DNA of 63,310 bases, the filler included, from Octopus bimaculoides (lineage: Eukaryota), in the NCBI RefSeq assembly GCF_001194135.2. It is 8 parts of 7 records of this genome, joined end to end, with 100 filler letters (N's around TTAATTAATTAA, not from the genome) between each part and the next. Parts side by side here need not be neighbours in the genome. Positions count along the whole stretch, not along the records: positions 46,018 to 55,493 come from NC_068988.1; positions 55,594 to 57,843 come from NC_068985.1; positions 57,944 to 63,310 come from NC_068989.1; 5 more parts are not named here. The stretch is one strand, 5' to 3'. Positions 50,940 to 62,520 of this stretch are shown here, piece after piece. Under the pieces are notes generated by a model. That model ran no database searches, had not been told where the DNA came from, and saw only the letters and a list, made by a program, of their open reading frames with translations. Position 1 is the first letter of the stretch. The number at the start of each line of letters is the position of its first letter. The translations under genes were made by a program, and so were the position numbers.

Positions 50940-51266
50940 TGCATATATTTACACAAAAGGTAAAACAAAAATCTTTCTAGTAGAAACATAGACTGCTTGT
51001 TGTTAGCCTAAAGTTAATTTTAAATGTTTGCAACGAAAATGAGAACAGCAATTCATTGTTTGTGATAATCAGACTCACTAAGTATAAAATAATTTCAATA
51101 CCTTAGCTAGAACACAAACCACAACTACTCTACCACCCTTATAACAAAAAGCAGTTCGAATGATACACCATGAAATCGAACATTTAATGTTATCATTTCT
51201 CAAGTCATATAATTAGCTTATCCAAAGGTGTGTTATGTAATTTCTTCTTGATTTGATTTTGTTTAC

Positions 51267-51302
<36 letters not shown>

Positions 51303-51335
51303 TATTATTATTATTATTATTATTATTATCATCAC

Positions 51336-51366
<31 letters not shown>
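51267..51366. repeat. (AAT)n directly followed by (ATT)n (self-complementary tract)
   Basis: The repeat orientation flips at about 51301. Confidence 0.9.
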
Positions 51367-51384
51367 NNNNNNNNNNTATTATTG

Positions 51385-51509
51385 TTCAGTAGTTTTATTT
51401 TTATAACGTGCTTTCACTTCACTACCGAGCGCAGTTGTGTGTACCTTGGGTATGTGCTGTGGTTTGCTGTGATGCTCTTATGGTTACTGTATTGAAAGTG
51501 TTTTGCGTA
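51385..51509 (-). mobile_element. Severely 5'-truncated Dong/R4-like non-LTR element (last codons plus 3' UTR) inside (TAA)n
   Basis: Minus strand reads RKTLSIQ* then about 100 nt of UTR, with TAA repeats on both sides. The ending is homologous to ILRKVLS of the neighbouring fragment. Confidence 0.55.
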
Positions 51510-51534
51510 TTATTATTATTATTATTATTATTAC

Positions 51535-51610
<76 letters not shown>
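51510..51610. repeat. (TTA)n microsatellite
   Basis: Direct reading. Confidence 0.95.
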
Positions 51611-51960
51611 TCTTCGTAACACATTGTAGGTAATAAATCCACCGGAGTCTTTAGTTATCTGTCAAGTCACAAGGACCTCTGACAGACAATACTTTCCTTA
51701 AGATGTGCACTGTGCCCAATAAGTCTGCTTTTTGCAAGACATCAGTCTTGCATGGGATTTCCAGTTGTCTTAAGAAGTCTTGAAATTTCAATGGTATTGA
51801 ACCCAACACTCCGATAACCACTGGTATCATTTTTATATTACCCTCTCGCATTCAATACAGTCTCGCCATTTCGTACTTCAACAGACTTTTTAGTGTAGGT
51901 CAGTATCTGGTCGATTTTGTTGGATATGATTAAGAGATCGCAGTCAGAAGCAACACAGTC
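51611..51960 (-). mobile_element. Dong/R4-like (restriction-like endonuclease) non-LTR 3' fragment
   Basis: IPVVIGVLGSIPLKFQDFLRQLEIPCKTDVLQKADLLGTVHILRKVLS matches the PVVIGALG...LQK.ALLGTA.ILRKVL C-terminus of the R4/Dong clade. Confidence 0.75.
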
Positions 51961-52070
51961 GTGGAATATCTCCCAAGTTTTTCTATCTCACTTAACTTTT
52001 GAAAATCAGAAAAATCCGTGAAATCAGTTAAGGCTTTAAAAATAAATCATCTTAAAGACTCCTGGCGCAT

Positions 52071-52184
52071 CTTCTTCTTCTTCTTCTTCTTCTTCTTCTT
52101 CTTCTTCTTCTTCTTCTTCTTCTTCTTCTTCTTCTTTTTCTTCTTCTTCTTCTTCTTCTTCTTCTTCTTCTTCTTCTTCTTCTT
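52071..52184. repeat. (CTT)n microsatellite
   Basis: Direct reading. Confidence 0.95.
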
Positions 52185-52504
52185 NNNNNNNNNNNNNNNN
52201 NNNNNNNNNNNNNNNNNNNNNNNNNNNNNNNNNNNNNNNNNNNNNNNNNNNNNNNNNNNNNNNNNNNNNNNNNNNNNNNNNNNNNNNNNNNNNNNNNNNN
52301 NNNNNNNNNNNNNNNNNNNNNNNNNNNNNNNNNNNNNNNNNNNNNNNNNNNNNNNNNNNNNNNNNNNNNNNNNNNNNNNNNNNNNNNNNNNNNNNNNNNN
52401 NNNNNNNNNNNNNNNNNNNNNNNNNNNNNNNNNATATATATATATATATATATAAATTAACAAAATAAGATAAAAAGTCCAAGGGCGTGAAAGTTTTCAG
52501 AACA

Positions 52505-52800
52505 TTTATAACGAGAAGGCCTTACAGATGTTTCCGGTATGTTTTATATATGCCTTCATCAGAGACGGTGCGAGAGAGTGTTTAAGTAATAGTTGTTATA
52601 GAGAAGATATGAAATCAGAGTGAAGTAGAGGTGTGAAAACAGATGTGAGACACGTAAGGATATTGTATCTGCAGTTCCATAATTTAAGCAGAATTGTGTA
52701 TGTGCAAGTTTTCTGTACTTTGTGCGTGAGTTCCAATGGTGTTTATCATTGGTCTTTCCAAGCATAGAGTCTTGTAAACGATGTTATTCGATTAAGGGAT
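52505..52800 (-). mobile_element. PLE-type LTR fragment
   Basis: Carries a complete type I hammerhead motif at its 3' end. No coding domain was recognised. Confidence 0.5.
52519..52566 (-). ncRNA. Type I hammerhead ribozyme with an intact core
   Basis: GTCT-CTGATGA-A-GGCAT..ATACC-G-GAAAC-ATCT-GTA|AGGC. Stem I is 4 bp (one G-U), stem II pairs 4 of 5, stem III is 2 bp. Confidence 0.7.
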
Positions 52801-53087
52801 TTTTGAAGTGACTTAAAAGTTGGGAATGTGTTTGTAAGGTCAAATCAAAAACAGGAAGAGAGAGAAAAAAGGAAGGAGAGAGACAATAAAGAAATGAATA
52901 GAGGGAAGGTGTGCTAGCTAGTGGTTAGGATAAAATGATAGAAGGGAGTGAGAGGTGAGGGTGGAATAGAGGAAGAGATGAGAGTGTAAAGAGTAAAGAT
53001 AGGTCAGTGGTGAGTAGTAGAAGAATGTATATCTGTGATGATAAATAGATAGATATAGATGTATGCATGTATGAATATATGTATATA

Positions 53088-53119
<32 letters not shown>

Positions 53120-53530
53120 CTCTTTTAATCTTTTACTTGTTTCAGTCATTTTGACTACGGCCATGCTGGAGCACTGCCATCAGTCGAGCAAATCGACCCC
53201 AGGACTTATTCTTTGTAAGCCTAATACTTATTCTATCGGTCTCTTTTGCCGAACCGCTAAGTTACGGGGACGTAAACACACCAGCATCGGTTGTCAAGCC
53301 ATGTTGGAGGGACAAACACAGACACACAAACATACACACACACACACATATATACATATACACATATACGACGGGATTCTTTCAGTTTCCGTCTACCAAA
53401 TCCACTCACAAGGCTCTGGTCGGCCGGAGGCTATAGTAGAAATCACTTGCCCAACATGCCACGCAGTGGGACTGAACCCGGAACCATGTGGTCTGTAAGC
53501 AACTTCTTACCACACAGCCACCCCTGCGCT
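53120..53530 (-). mobile_element. SINE family B, full length, with an internal (CA)/(TA) tract
   Basis: tRNA-like head (gtggctgtgtggtaagaag...ccgggttcagtcccactgcgtggc), body, and tail ...atggccgtagtcaaaatgactgaaacaagtaaaag. Confidence 0.85.
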
Positions 53531-53550
53531 ACTCCATATATATATATATA

Positions 53551-53905
53551 TGCATATATCCGTACATATATGTACATACTTAAATATATATGTATATATA
53601 CACGCATATATGTGTACAGGGCATAAAAAAACGTTAAACTCAATGAGAAACGAATACATAAAAACGAAAATATTGAAAACGAACTTTTTTTCGAACAACG
53701 AAAAAAACAAACAAACAGAGAAACGAGACATGCAACATAAAGAGTATACCCCTTCGTCAGATGACCCTTGTTCATCTACTCCGCGTTTCGAAGGCAAGGA
53801 CAATACGTGACTTAGTTGAAACAGTCCTTCCCGCAAAGCAAATTAAATAAAATTTGGGACTTTTTGCGGAGGGTGAAAAAAGTGTTTAGGCTATATGTTA
53901 GCTTC
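53551..53905 (-). mobile_element. PLE-LTR-like element, same family as 12171-12931, flanked by (TA)n
   Basis: 63/74 identity to 12184-12257, a shared cttcccgc...caaatta block, and a permuted hammerhead motif. Confidence 0.6.
53749..53797 (-). ncRNA. Permuted (type II-like) hammerhead motif with an intact core
   Basis: CTTC-GAAAC-GCGGA-GTA|G-ATGA-acaaggg-TCAT-CTGACGA-A-GGGG. Stem I ATGA/TCAT follows a 1-nt bulge; open stem II is GGGG/CTTC. Confidence 0.5.
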
Positions 53906-54489
53906 TTTTCTAATTCATCATAAATATATATATATATATATATANNNNNNNNNNNNNNNNNNNNNNNNNNNNNNNNNNNNNNNNNNNNNNNNNNNNNNNN
54001 NNNNNNNNNNNNNNNNNNNNNNNNNNNNNNNNNNNNNNNNNNNNNNNNNNNNNNNNNNNNNNNNNNNNNNNNNNNNNNNNNNNNNNNNNNNNNNNNNNNN
54101 NNNNNNNNNNNNNNNNNNNNNNNNNNNNNNNNNNNNNNNNNNNNNNNNNNNNNNNNNNNNNNNNNNNNNNNNNNNNNNNNNNNNNNNNNNNNNNNNNNNN
54201 NNNNNNNNNNNNNNNNNNNNNNNNNNNNNNNNNNNNNNNNNNNNNNNNNNNNNNNNNNNNNNNNNNNNNNNNNNNNNNNNNNNNNNNNNNNNNNNNNNNN
54301 NNNNNNNNNNNNNNNNNNATGCTTCACAGTCACCAAATTATGTATATACTTATTTGGCAGGCTTCCACATAGACTCTCTCCAAACAGATTAAGTGACAAG
54401 GCCAAGTTCGCCTGGCATCTATAGCAAAATACATTCATGGCACCATACCGAGGGCTCCATTATGGCGAAGTAGACATGTTAACCACTGA

Positions 54490-54650
54490 ACCGTTCTTTC
54501 GGATCTTTCTGTTTACCAAATCCACTTACATGCTTTGGTTAGCACAAGGCTTTAATAGAATCTATCGCCCAAGGTGCCACGCAGTGGAACTGAATCCAGA
54601 AAAATGTAGTTGATGTGCAAAAGCTTTTGCACTCAACTACCTGTACGTCT
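54490..54650 (-). mobile_element. SINE family B head and body; head converted to a palindrome
   Basis: accaaatccacttac...cgcccaaggtgccacgcagtggaactgaatcc, then the palindrome at 54606-54640. Confidence 0.65.
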
Positions 54651-54761
54651 ATCGTGGAGATTTACGAATAAAATTCCTTATCTACACGGAAAGTTAAACA
54701 TGCAAAATTGCATGAATACTGGAAACACAAAGATAGACACCTACAGAGACACACAAACGAT

Positions 54762-54826
<65 letters not shown>

Positions 54827-54827
54827 C

Positions 54828-54858
<31 letters not shown>
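54762..54858. repeat. (GATA)n microsatellite
   Basis: Direct reading. Confidence 0.95.
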
Positions 54859-54860
<2 letters not shown>

Positions 54861-55986
54861 CTCTAATATTCACCCATCATTATTTAAATAATCAAGTGTA
54901 GCAGATTTCTTAAATAAAATCAATGCAAGACCATTGAAGTAAATTTTTTTATATTTTATTGAGTTTCCGTCGAAGTTCTTTTACTCCCCCCCCCCTCTCG
55001 TTTTCCTCATTTCCAGTTTTCCGTTATAATAGCCATTCTCCTTAACGACAACGACATGACAGCTTTGCAGTCATCAAGCACAAATATATATATATATTTG
55101 AGTGTGTGCGCGTGTGTGTGTGTGAGGGGAAGAGAGCGATGTATGTGTGTATGTATGTATGTATGTATGTATGTATGGATGGATGGATGGATGGATGGAT
55201 GGATGGATGGACGGATGTATATGGAACCTTAGGCTCAATGCAAGACAACACCAATAGAAAATGACTACAGTGGCAGCATACATTAATGAAGGTATCGGCA
55301 ATAGATATTTACATTTGAAAAATGAAGCCGAGCAGATTATGAAAGGAAGTGAAATTTGATGTGATGGAATAAATTCTCTGCCTTGGAAAATTGACAAACA
55401 AGAACAGAATACGGAATTAAACGGGATAAAAAGGAATAATATTATGCAGGTCAATACATACATAAATACATACATACGTACATACATACATACNNNNNNN
55501 NNNNNNNNNNNNNNNNNNNNNNNNNNNNNNNNNNNNNTTAATTAATTAANNNNNNNNNNNNNNNNNNNNNNNNNNNNNNNNNNNNNNNNNNNNTATATAT
55601 ATATATACATTACATGTATATTTATTTACATATATATATAATACACACATACGCAAACACAAACGCATATATATATATATATATACATATACGTATAAAT
55701 ATATATATATATATGTGTGTGTATATGTGTATAAATATATATATATCTGTGTCTATATATGTGTTTATAGATACTTATATAGCTGTCTGCTATCAACTAT
55801 ATTCTCACGTAGAAAATATGGAAGTATTTGTTAGCAAGCCATACGCCCTGCATGTGATGGCTGTCATTATTATATATTTTAAACTTGCAAATTTCATACA
55901 TATTCAAATATACACATATATACCCACACAGACACACACACACACACATACACACACACAGGTATGTATATATATCTATCGATCTG

Positions 55987-56209
55987 TAAGGGGCTGCTGA
56001 AAGGTTCCCGGATTTAAGGGTAGTAGGAAAATCCCGGTTGGAAGCCCAAACTTCCGAGTTCTTTCACAAGACTTAGAAAAACTGTAGGACCACTGCAATA
56101 AATGTGTGAATCTGAGAGGGGAACATTTTGGATAAAAATCAAAGTTAACTGATCCTCCTGTATTTACTTTTACCTCAAAACAATGAAATTCTCAGCATCC
56201 CCTCGCATA
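55987..56209 (+). mobile_element. Internally deleted mariner element (MITE-like)
   Basis: Imperfect TIRs taaggggctgctgaaaggttcc and gaaattctcagcatcccctcgca. The internal LEKL*DHCNKCVNLRGE matches the mariner C-terminal RWxKCxxxxGxY motif. Confidence 0.7.
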
Positions 56210-56260
56210 ACTATATACGTTTATATATATATAAACGTATATATATCTGTTATCTTCGAG

Positions 56261-56453
56261 CTTTTGTTTCATTCATTAGACTGCGGCCATGCCTTGAAGA
56301 ATTTATAGTCGAATGTATCTATCCCAGAAGTTTATTTTTAAGGCTGGGGACTTATTCTATCGAACCCCTTAAGCCGAACCGCTAGTTTACGGGGACATAT
56401 ATCACCAACACCGGTTATCAAGCAGTGAAGTGTGGGGGAAAACACAGATACAC

Positions 56454-56518
<65 letters not shown>

Positions 56519-56675
56519 CACGACGGGCTTCTTTCAATTTCCGTCTACCAAATCCACTTACAAACTTTTGGTCGGCCCGAGGCTATAATAGAAGACACTT
56601 CTCAATGTGCCATGCAGTAGGACTGAACCGAGAACCATGTGGTTGGGAAGCAAATTTCTTACTACCCGTCCAAGT
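56261..56675 (-). mobile_element. SINE family B with an internal (TATC)n tract
   Basis: Colinear with 53120-53530. Confidence 0.8.
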
Positions 56676-56681
56676 CTACAA

Positions 56682-56712
<31 letters not shown>

Positions 56713-56713
<1 letters not shown>

Positions 56714-56968
56714 CGTAGTCGTGACCGATGCCAGTGCCTCCTGACTGGTACCCATGCCTGTGGTACGTAAAAAAATCACCTACTACACTCTTTCGAAGTG
56801 GTTGGTGCTAGGAAGGGCATCCAGCCGTAGAAAACTTGCCAAATCGGATTGGATATTGATGCAGCCAACCCTTGCCAGCATGGAAGGCAGACGGTAAACG
56901 ACAACGACGACGACGATGATGATGATGATGATGATGACAACGTTGATGATGATGATGATGATGATGAC
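56713..56968 (+). mobile_element. 3' part of a SINE with an RTE-type tail and (GAT)n end (possibly the octopus OK family)
   Basis: KpnI site at 56747-56752; ggttggtgctaggaagggcatccagccgtagaaa...gccagcatggaaggcagacggtaaacga(cga/tga)n. Confidence 0.65.
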
Positions 56969-57275
56969 ATATGTGTGTGTGTGTGTGTGTGTGTGTCTGT
57001 GTGTGTGCGCGTGTTTATACATAAACGCACATAATATATATGCGTGGTATGACTATGTATGCTAGGTATAACTATCTGAATCTTTAGAAATTCGGTTTCT
57101 TCACATTTAGTATTTTTACTAATATTACTTTGTGACTGAATCGTTTTGTGCTGTTAACATATGTCACATCGCACCTGTCGAATCTCTGATTATCACAGGT
57201 CTGTGTTTGTCACAGTTCACCCGACATTCCGATTTACCATGGTCAGTCTATATACACTAATTAACTAATTTGTGG

Positions 57276-57324
<49 letters not shown>

Positions 57325-57369
57325 GATCGATCTACTTGTCTGTCTGGCTGTCTGTCTGTCTCTCTGTAC

Positions 57370-57400
<31 letters not shown>

Positions 57401-57711
57401 TCTTCCAGAATATAGCAACAGCAAATACATACCCTAAAATCCACCTTAACCCGATATATATCTGATCATCTGTTTAAGTATGTGTATGTGTATATATATG
57501 CTTTTCCGTACATCTCTTTCTAATTTATATATATATATATATGTAAACACCCCACCCTCCACACACACACACACACACGTATATATATGTTTCCATATGC
57601 ATATATATGTAGATGCATAAATACATATATATCCCTATGTATATACATATATATGTGTATGTATATATTACACATATATACATGCATATATCTATCTATC
57701 TATCTATATGA

Positions 57712-57773
<62 letters not shown>

Positions 57774-57943
57774 GCAGTACATACATCTAGAAGATCCTGG
57801 AAGGAATTGTGCCAAATTTTGGCATTGAAAGCTACACCAATGCNNNNNNNNNNNNNNNNNNNNNNNNNNNNNNNNNNNNNNNNNNNNTTAATTAATTAAN
57901 NNNNNNNNNNNNNNNNNNNNNNNNNNNNNNNNNNNNNNNNNNN

Positions 57944-58001
<58 letters not shown>

Positions 58002-58846
58002 CAACAACAACAACAACAACAGCAAAACCATGGAAACTCCTTTGCAGTCACCATAAACCCAAATACGGTCAGTCCACCCATGACAACCCATGTCCACCAC
58101 CAGTGTTATCGTTTTCATTATCGCCCTCATCATTAACCGTGATGTTTAAACACTTTTCATCATTCACCGCTGGCCATTTATTTCAAAGCATTGCTATCTA
58201 ACGGTCAACAAATTCACAGCTGCAGCACCACATATATGCGTGATGCCTGACAAACTGTTATGGCCCCAGGGTGAAGATCTTTCTGTCATTTTTATATCCT
58301 TGAACTGCGCGTGAACCCTTCACTGTCACGGCTATTTCCTATTCTTCTCTCTTCCTCGTCACCTCTTCTCCTAAGTAAATTTGTTTCTCTCTTCATCTCT
58401 ATATCTCCCTCTTCTGATAGTCCACCTTTTTGCTCATTCTTCTGCTTCTACTTAATTCACTTTTTTTAATGTTTAATAAAACATTTCCTTACGACGTCTG
58501 TCCATCTGTCTATCTATCTTATTTGACTATCTATCTTCCTATGAAGCTATCTATCCATCCATCCATCCATCCATCCATCCATCCATCCATCTATCTATTT
58601 TTCTATCATTATTTCTACCAATCAATCTATCTGTCCATCTACCCATTTCTCTATCTATTTATCTTTTTTATATATCTATCTGTCCATCCGTCTATTTATC
58701 TGGCTATCTCTCTATATATCTACCTTTCTATCAATCTATCTATCCATCCATTTATCAATCTATTTATTTATCTCTCTATCTTTCTATCAATCTATTTATC
58801 CATTTGTCCATTTACCTATTTATCTATCTATTTGTTTATCTATCTA

Positions 58847-58880
<34 letters not shown>

Positions 58881-59886
58881 CCTTCCTTCCCCCTCCCAAA
58901 AAGAAAAGCTCTACATTGTATTTGTCCCATCTTCGTTGAGCCCTGTGTGGCTAATAAAAGAAATGTATCTATCTATCTATCTATTTGTTTATCTATCTGC
59001 CTATTTATCTATTTATCAATTTATCTATCTGTAAACATCTAAAAACACGCACATACATATAAATACTCATAAACAAAAACGCTTTTTTTTTATCATGAAT
59101 AATGTTATCAAAAGCTTATTGTTAAAGAAAAGACCTTGCCTCAGAACAGCTTGAAATTGGAGTTACAAGAAAGTTATAGGTAAGCAATTGTTGTAAGTAT
59201 TGAGTTCTCTAACTTCATTCGTTTGAGCAAACCAGCGCTGGTGCATACTATTCTCTGTGCATATACACACACAACACACGTGCATATATTTATATATACT
59301 TATAAATATATTACGGAAGATTTGGGATTTCAGACAAAACTCTGGGTTATCAGTAAAATTTCAATCCATAAAAATATATATGTAAAAAATATATTTCGAT
59401 ATGAGAGGCAAACCATAGGTATTGAAACAATACCTATTCAGCGATATTTAAATCATATAAATTTGTACGGACAGGATCGGTTCGTAGCATCAGAGGCGCT
59501 AATATTAAAACTCAGGAGAGTATGTGAAATAGTTGTGCGATATACAGAGTATAGCTCTGCCTATTCATTATATATATATATACGTTTATATATTCGTTTT
59601 GCAAGATTCTTGATGTGAATTCGTGTGTTGAAACAGATATTGTTGTATTTGGGGATGGTCATGTTGCCAGTTTAGCCAATGAAGACACACGCACTATATA
59701 TTTGGTTATATAAAGGGAAAACTTTTTTAGGACAACAAAACATGTAATATAGGCTCAACTTTGGATATAGGACACGGGTTTCTTTTAAGGATTTTTTGGG
59801 GGGGGGCGTCTTATATACTAATATATACGGTGACTCGTATGAACCCTGAAGGATCTTTTTAGGCCTGCCTATGAAACAGATAGTAC

Positions 59887-60095
59887 AGGCACATGGCTTA
59901 GTGGTAAGGATGTCGGACTCATAGTTGTAAGATTGTGGTTTCGTTGTTTTTATGAGCAAAACACTCCATTTCACGGTGCTCAAATAAGCTCAGTTTGTAA
60001 AAGTGAGGGATTTTGTGACGGGCTTGAGTCCTGTTGAGCGGGAGAATCATATACGCCACAGAAAACGAGAAACCAGCCTTATGCCGCTTACGAAG
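59887..60095 (+). mobile_element. SINE family C variant, internally deleted
   Basis: aggcacatggcttagtggtaaggatgtcggactca...gagcaaaacactccatttcacggtgctc. Confidence 0.6.
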
Positions 60096-60519
60096 AAGGA
60101 TCGTGGACTAACTAACACAACAGATAACACCTGGGTGGAAGACCATCGAAGCTTTTCAAATACCGACTAGACTTGAAGTGATGCAATGTCAGCCATTTAA
60201 CTGTAGAATGTTTGTTAATGCACTCTTTATTTAGTAGGTTTCGCCCTTGGAATAAAATTGGACATATGAAGAGATATGTTCAGTATGACCAGAAGAAGCA
60301 AAGAAAGCGGTACTCACACAGATTAATACTTGGCTTCACTAATCAAATCTTCATTTCAAGGATTGGAATATAGAATCATCAAAGACTCGACAAATGAAAA
60401 TGTTCGTCATCGGATTTGCTGAACATTAACACGCGTGTCTGTCCATGTGCGGTTATGTCTTTATGTGTAGTGTGTGTGGGGCGGTGTTTGTAAACGCGTA
60501 CATGTGTATACATATATCT

Positions 60520-60750
60520 TATTTCTTTATTGCCGACAAGGGACTAAACATAGAGGGGACAAACAAGGGCAGACAAAGGGATTGAGTCGATTGCATCGAC
60601 CCCAGTGCGTAACTGGTACTTATTTAATCGACCCCTAAAGGATGAAAGGCAAAGACGACCTCGGCGGAATTTGAACTCAGAAGGTAACAGCAGACGAAAT
60701 ACCGCTAAGCCTTTCGCCCGGTGTGCTAACGTTTCTGCCAGCTCACCGCC
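60520..60750 (-). mobile_element. SINE family A, full length, 12-bp TSD
   Basis: TSD ATACATATATCT at 60508-60519 and 60751-60762. Confidence 0.9.
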
Positions 60751-60933
60751 ATACATATATCTATGTGCCTACACATATATGTTTCAATGTGTGTTAATAT
60801 CCGTGTGTGTGCATATATATGTCTATCAATGTATGTGTGTATCTTTAGCAGCCTGTATATGCTTGCGTATCTAAGCGTGTTCTATGTGCATAACGGAGCT
60901 CTTACACGTACGTGTTGTACGTTTAATATGCAT

Positions 60934-61003
<70 letters not shown>

Positions 61004-61288
61004 TCATATATATGTACATACGCGTTATATATGCATCTGTACATATGTATACATATACACATACAAGTGTGTGCTTGTGTTTATGTGCAAATATGTGTGT
61101 GCGTCTGTATTTTACTTCCTGGGGCGGGGAACCAGACATTATTCCGAAATGTCTCTTTTGACATTTCAGTGTAAAATAGAAAAATTGAGAATTAATTTGA
61201 TGTCTTTGATGGGCGACGGCGGGACGGAGGTGAGAGTGGGGAGCTAGTGGGGAGTATATTGTTCAATCGTTGTTGTGGCGATACCATG

Positions 61289-61331
<43 letters not shown>

Positions 61332-61552
61332 CTGCTGTTGTTGTTGTTGTATATCCTGCAGCTATCATCTTGCAGGTTTCCAAGAACCAGTAATCACATC
61401 GAACTTGGTCAAATGATAAATGTATTAGTCTCAATGGTTTTAGTGAGAGTTTTTTATTGTCGTTGTTGTTGTTGTTATTGCTTTTGATGCTGCTGCTGTT
61501 GGTGCTGCTGTTGCGCGAGGATTATTGAAATAATTATCAATATTAAAATGGA

Positions 61553-61746
61553 GGCGGCGAGCTGGCAGAAACGTTAGCACGCCGGGCGAAATGCTTAGCG
61601 GTATTTCGTCTGCCGCTACGTTCTGAGTTCAAATTCCGCCGAGGTCGAAAAATTAAGTACCGGTTACGCATTGAGGTCGATGTAATCGACTTAATCCGTT
61701 TGTCTGTCCTTGTTTGTCCCCTCTATGCATAGCCCCTTGTGTGCAG
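61553..61746 (+). mobile_element. SINE family A with an internal deletion
   Basis: ggcggcgagctggcagaaacgttagcacgccgggcg...gaggtcga|aaaattaagtacc...tagccccttgtg. Confidence 0.85.
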
Positions 61747-61993
61747 NNNNNNNNNNNNNNNNNNNNNNNNNNNNNNNNNNNNNNNNNNNNNNNNNNNNNN
61801 NNNNNNNNNNNNNNNNNNNNNNNNNNNNNNNNNNNNNNNNNNNNNNNNNNNNNNNNNNNNNNNNNNNNNNNNNNNNNNNNNNNNNNNNNNNNNNNNNNNN
61901 NNNNNNNNNNNNNNNNNNNNNNNNNNNNNNNNNNNNNNNNNNNNNNNNNNNNNNNNNNNNNNNNNNNNNNNNNNNNNNNNNNNNNNNNNNNNN

Positions 61994-62085
61994 CGGGGTC
62001 GATTAAATAAGTACCAGTTACGCACTGGGGTCGATATGATCGACTTAATCCGTTTGTATGTCCTTGTTTGTCCCCTCTGTGCATT
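61994..62085 (+). mobile_element. Second SINE family A body and tail after a gap
   Basis: cggggtcgattaaataagtaccagttacgcactggggtcgat...gtcccctctgtgcat. Confidence 0.8.
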
Positions 62086-62281
62086 CAAACATTCATACAT
62101 ACATACATACATACATGCATGCATACATACATACATACATACATGCATACATACATACATGCATATGAATATGTCTATGAATGCATATAACTTTTGTGTA
62201 CGATTTCTGTAGACCCTAGGCACTATGGCTGACAAAGCCAACATATGTACATGTCAAGATACGCATACAGAATTATATATA

Positions 62282-62520
<239 letters not shown>

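Noticed and set aside
55074-55487. Hydrophobic minus-strand ORF
   Set aside because: Both ends are microsatellite-derived, there is no transporter motif, and T-rich DNA yields such peptides by chance.
59415-59437. Perfect 10-bp hairpin ATAGGTATTG-aaa-CAATACCTAT
   Set aside because: Isolated, and about what chance predicts in AT-rich sequence of this length.
59805-59832. Tigger/pogo-like terminal sequence (gcgtcttatatac...tatacggt)
   Set aside because: No matching opposite TIR was found, so the element cannot be delimited.
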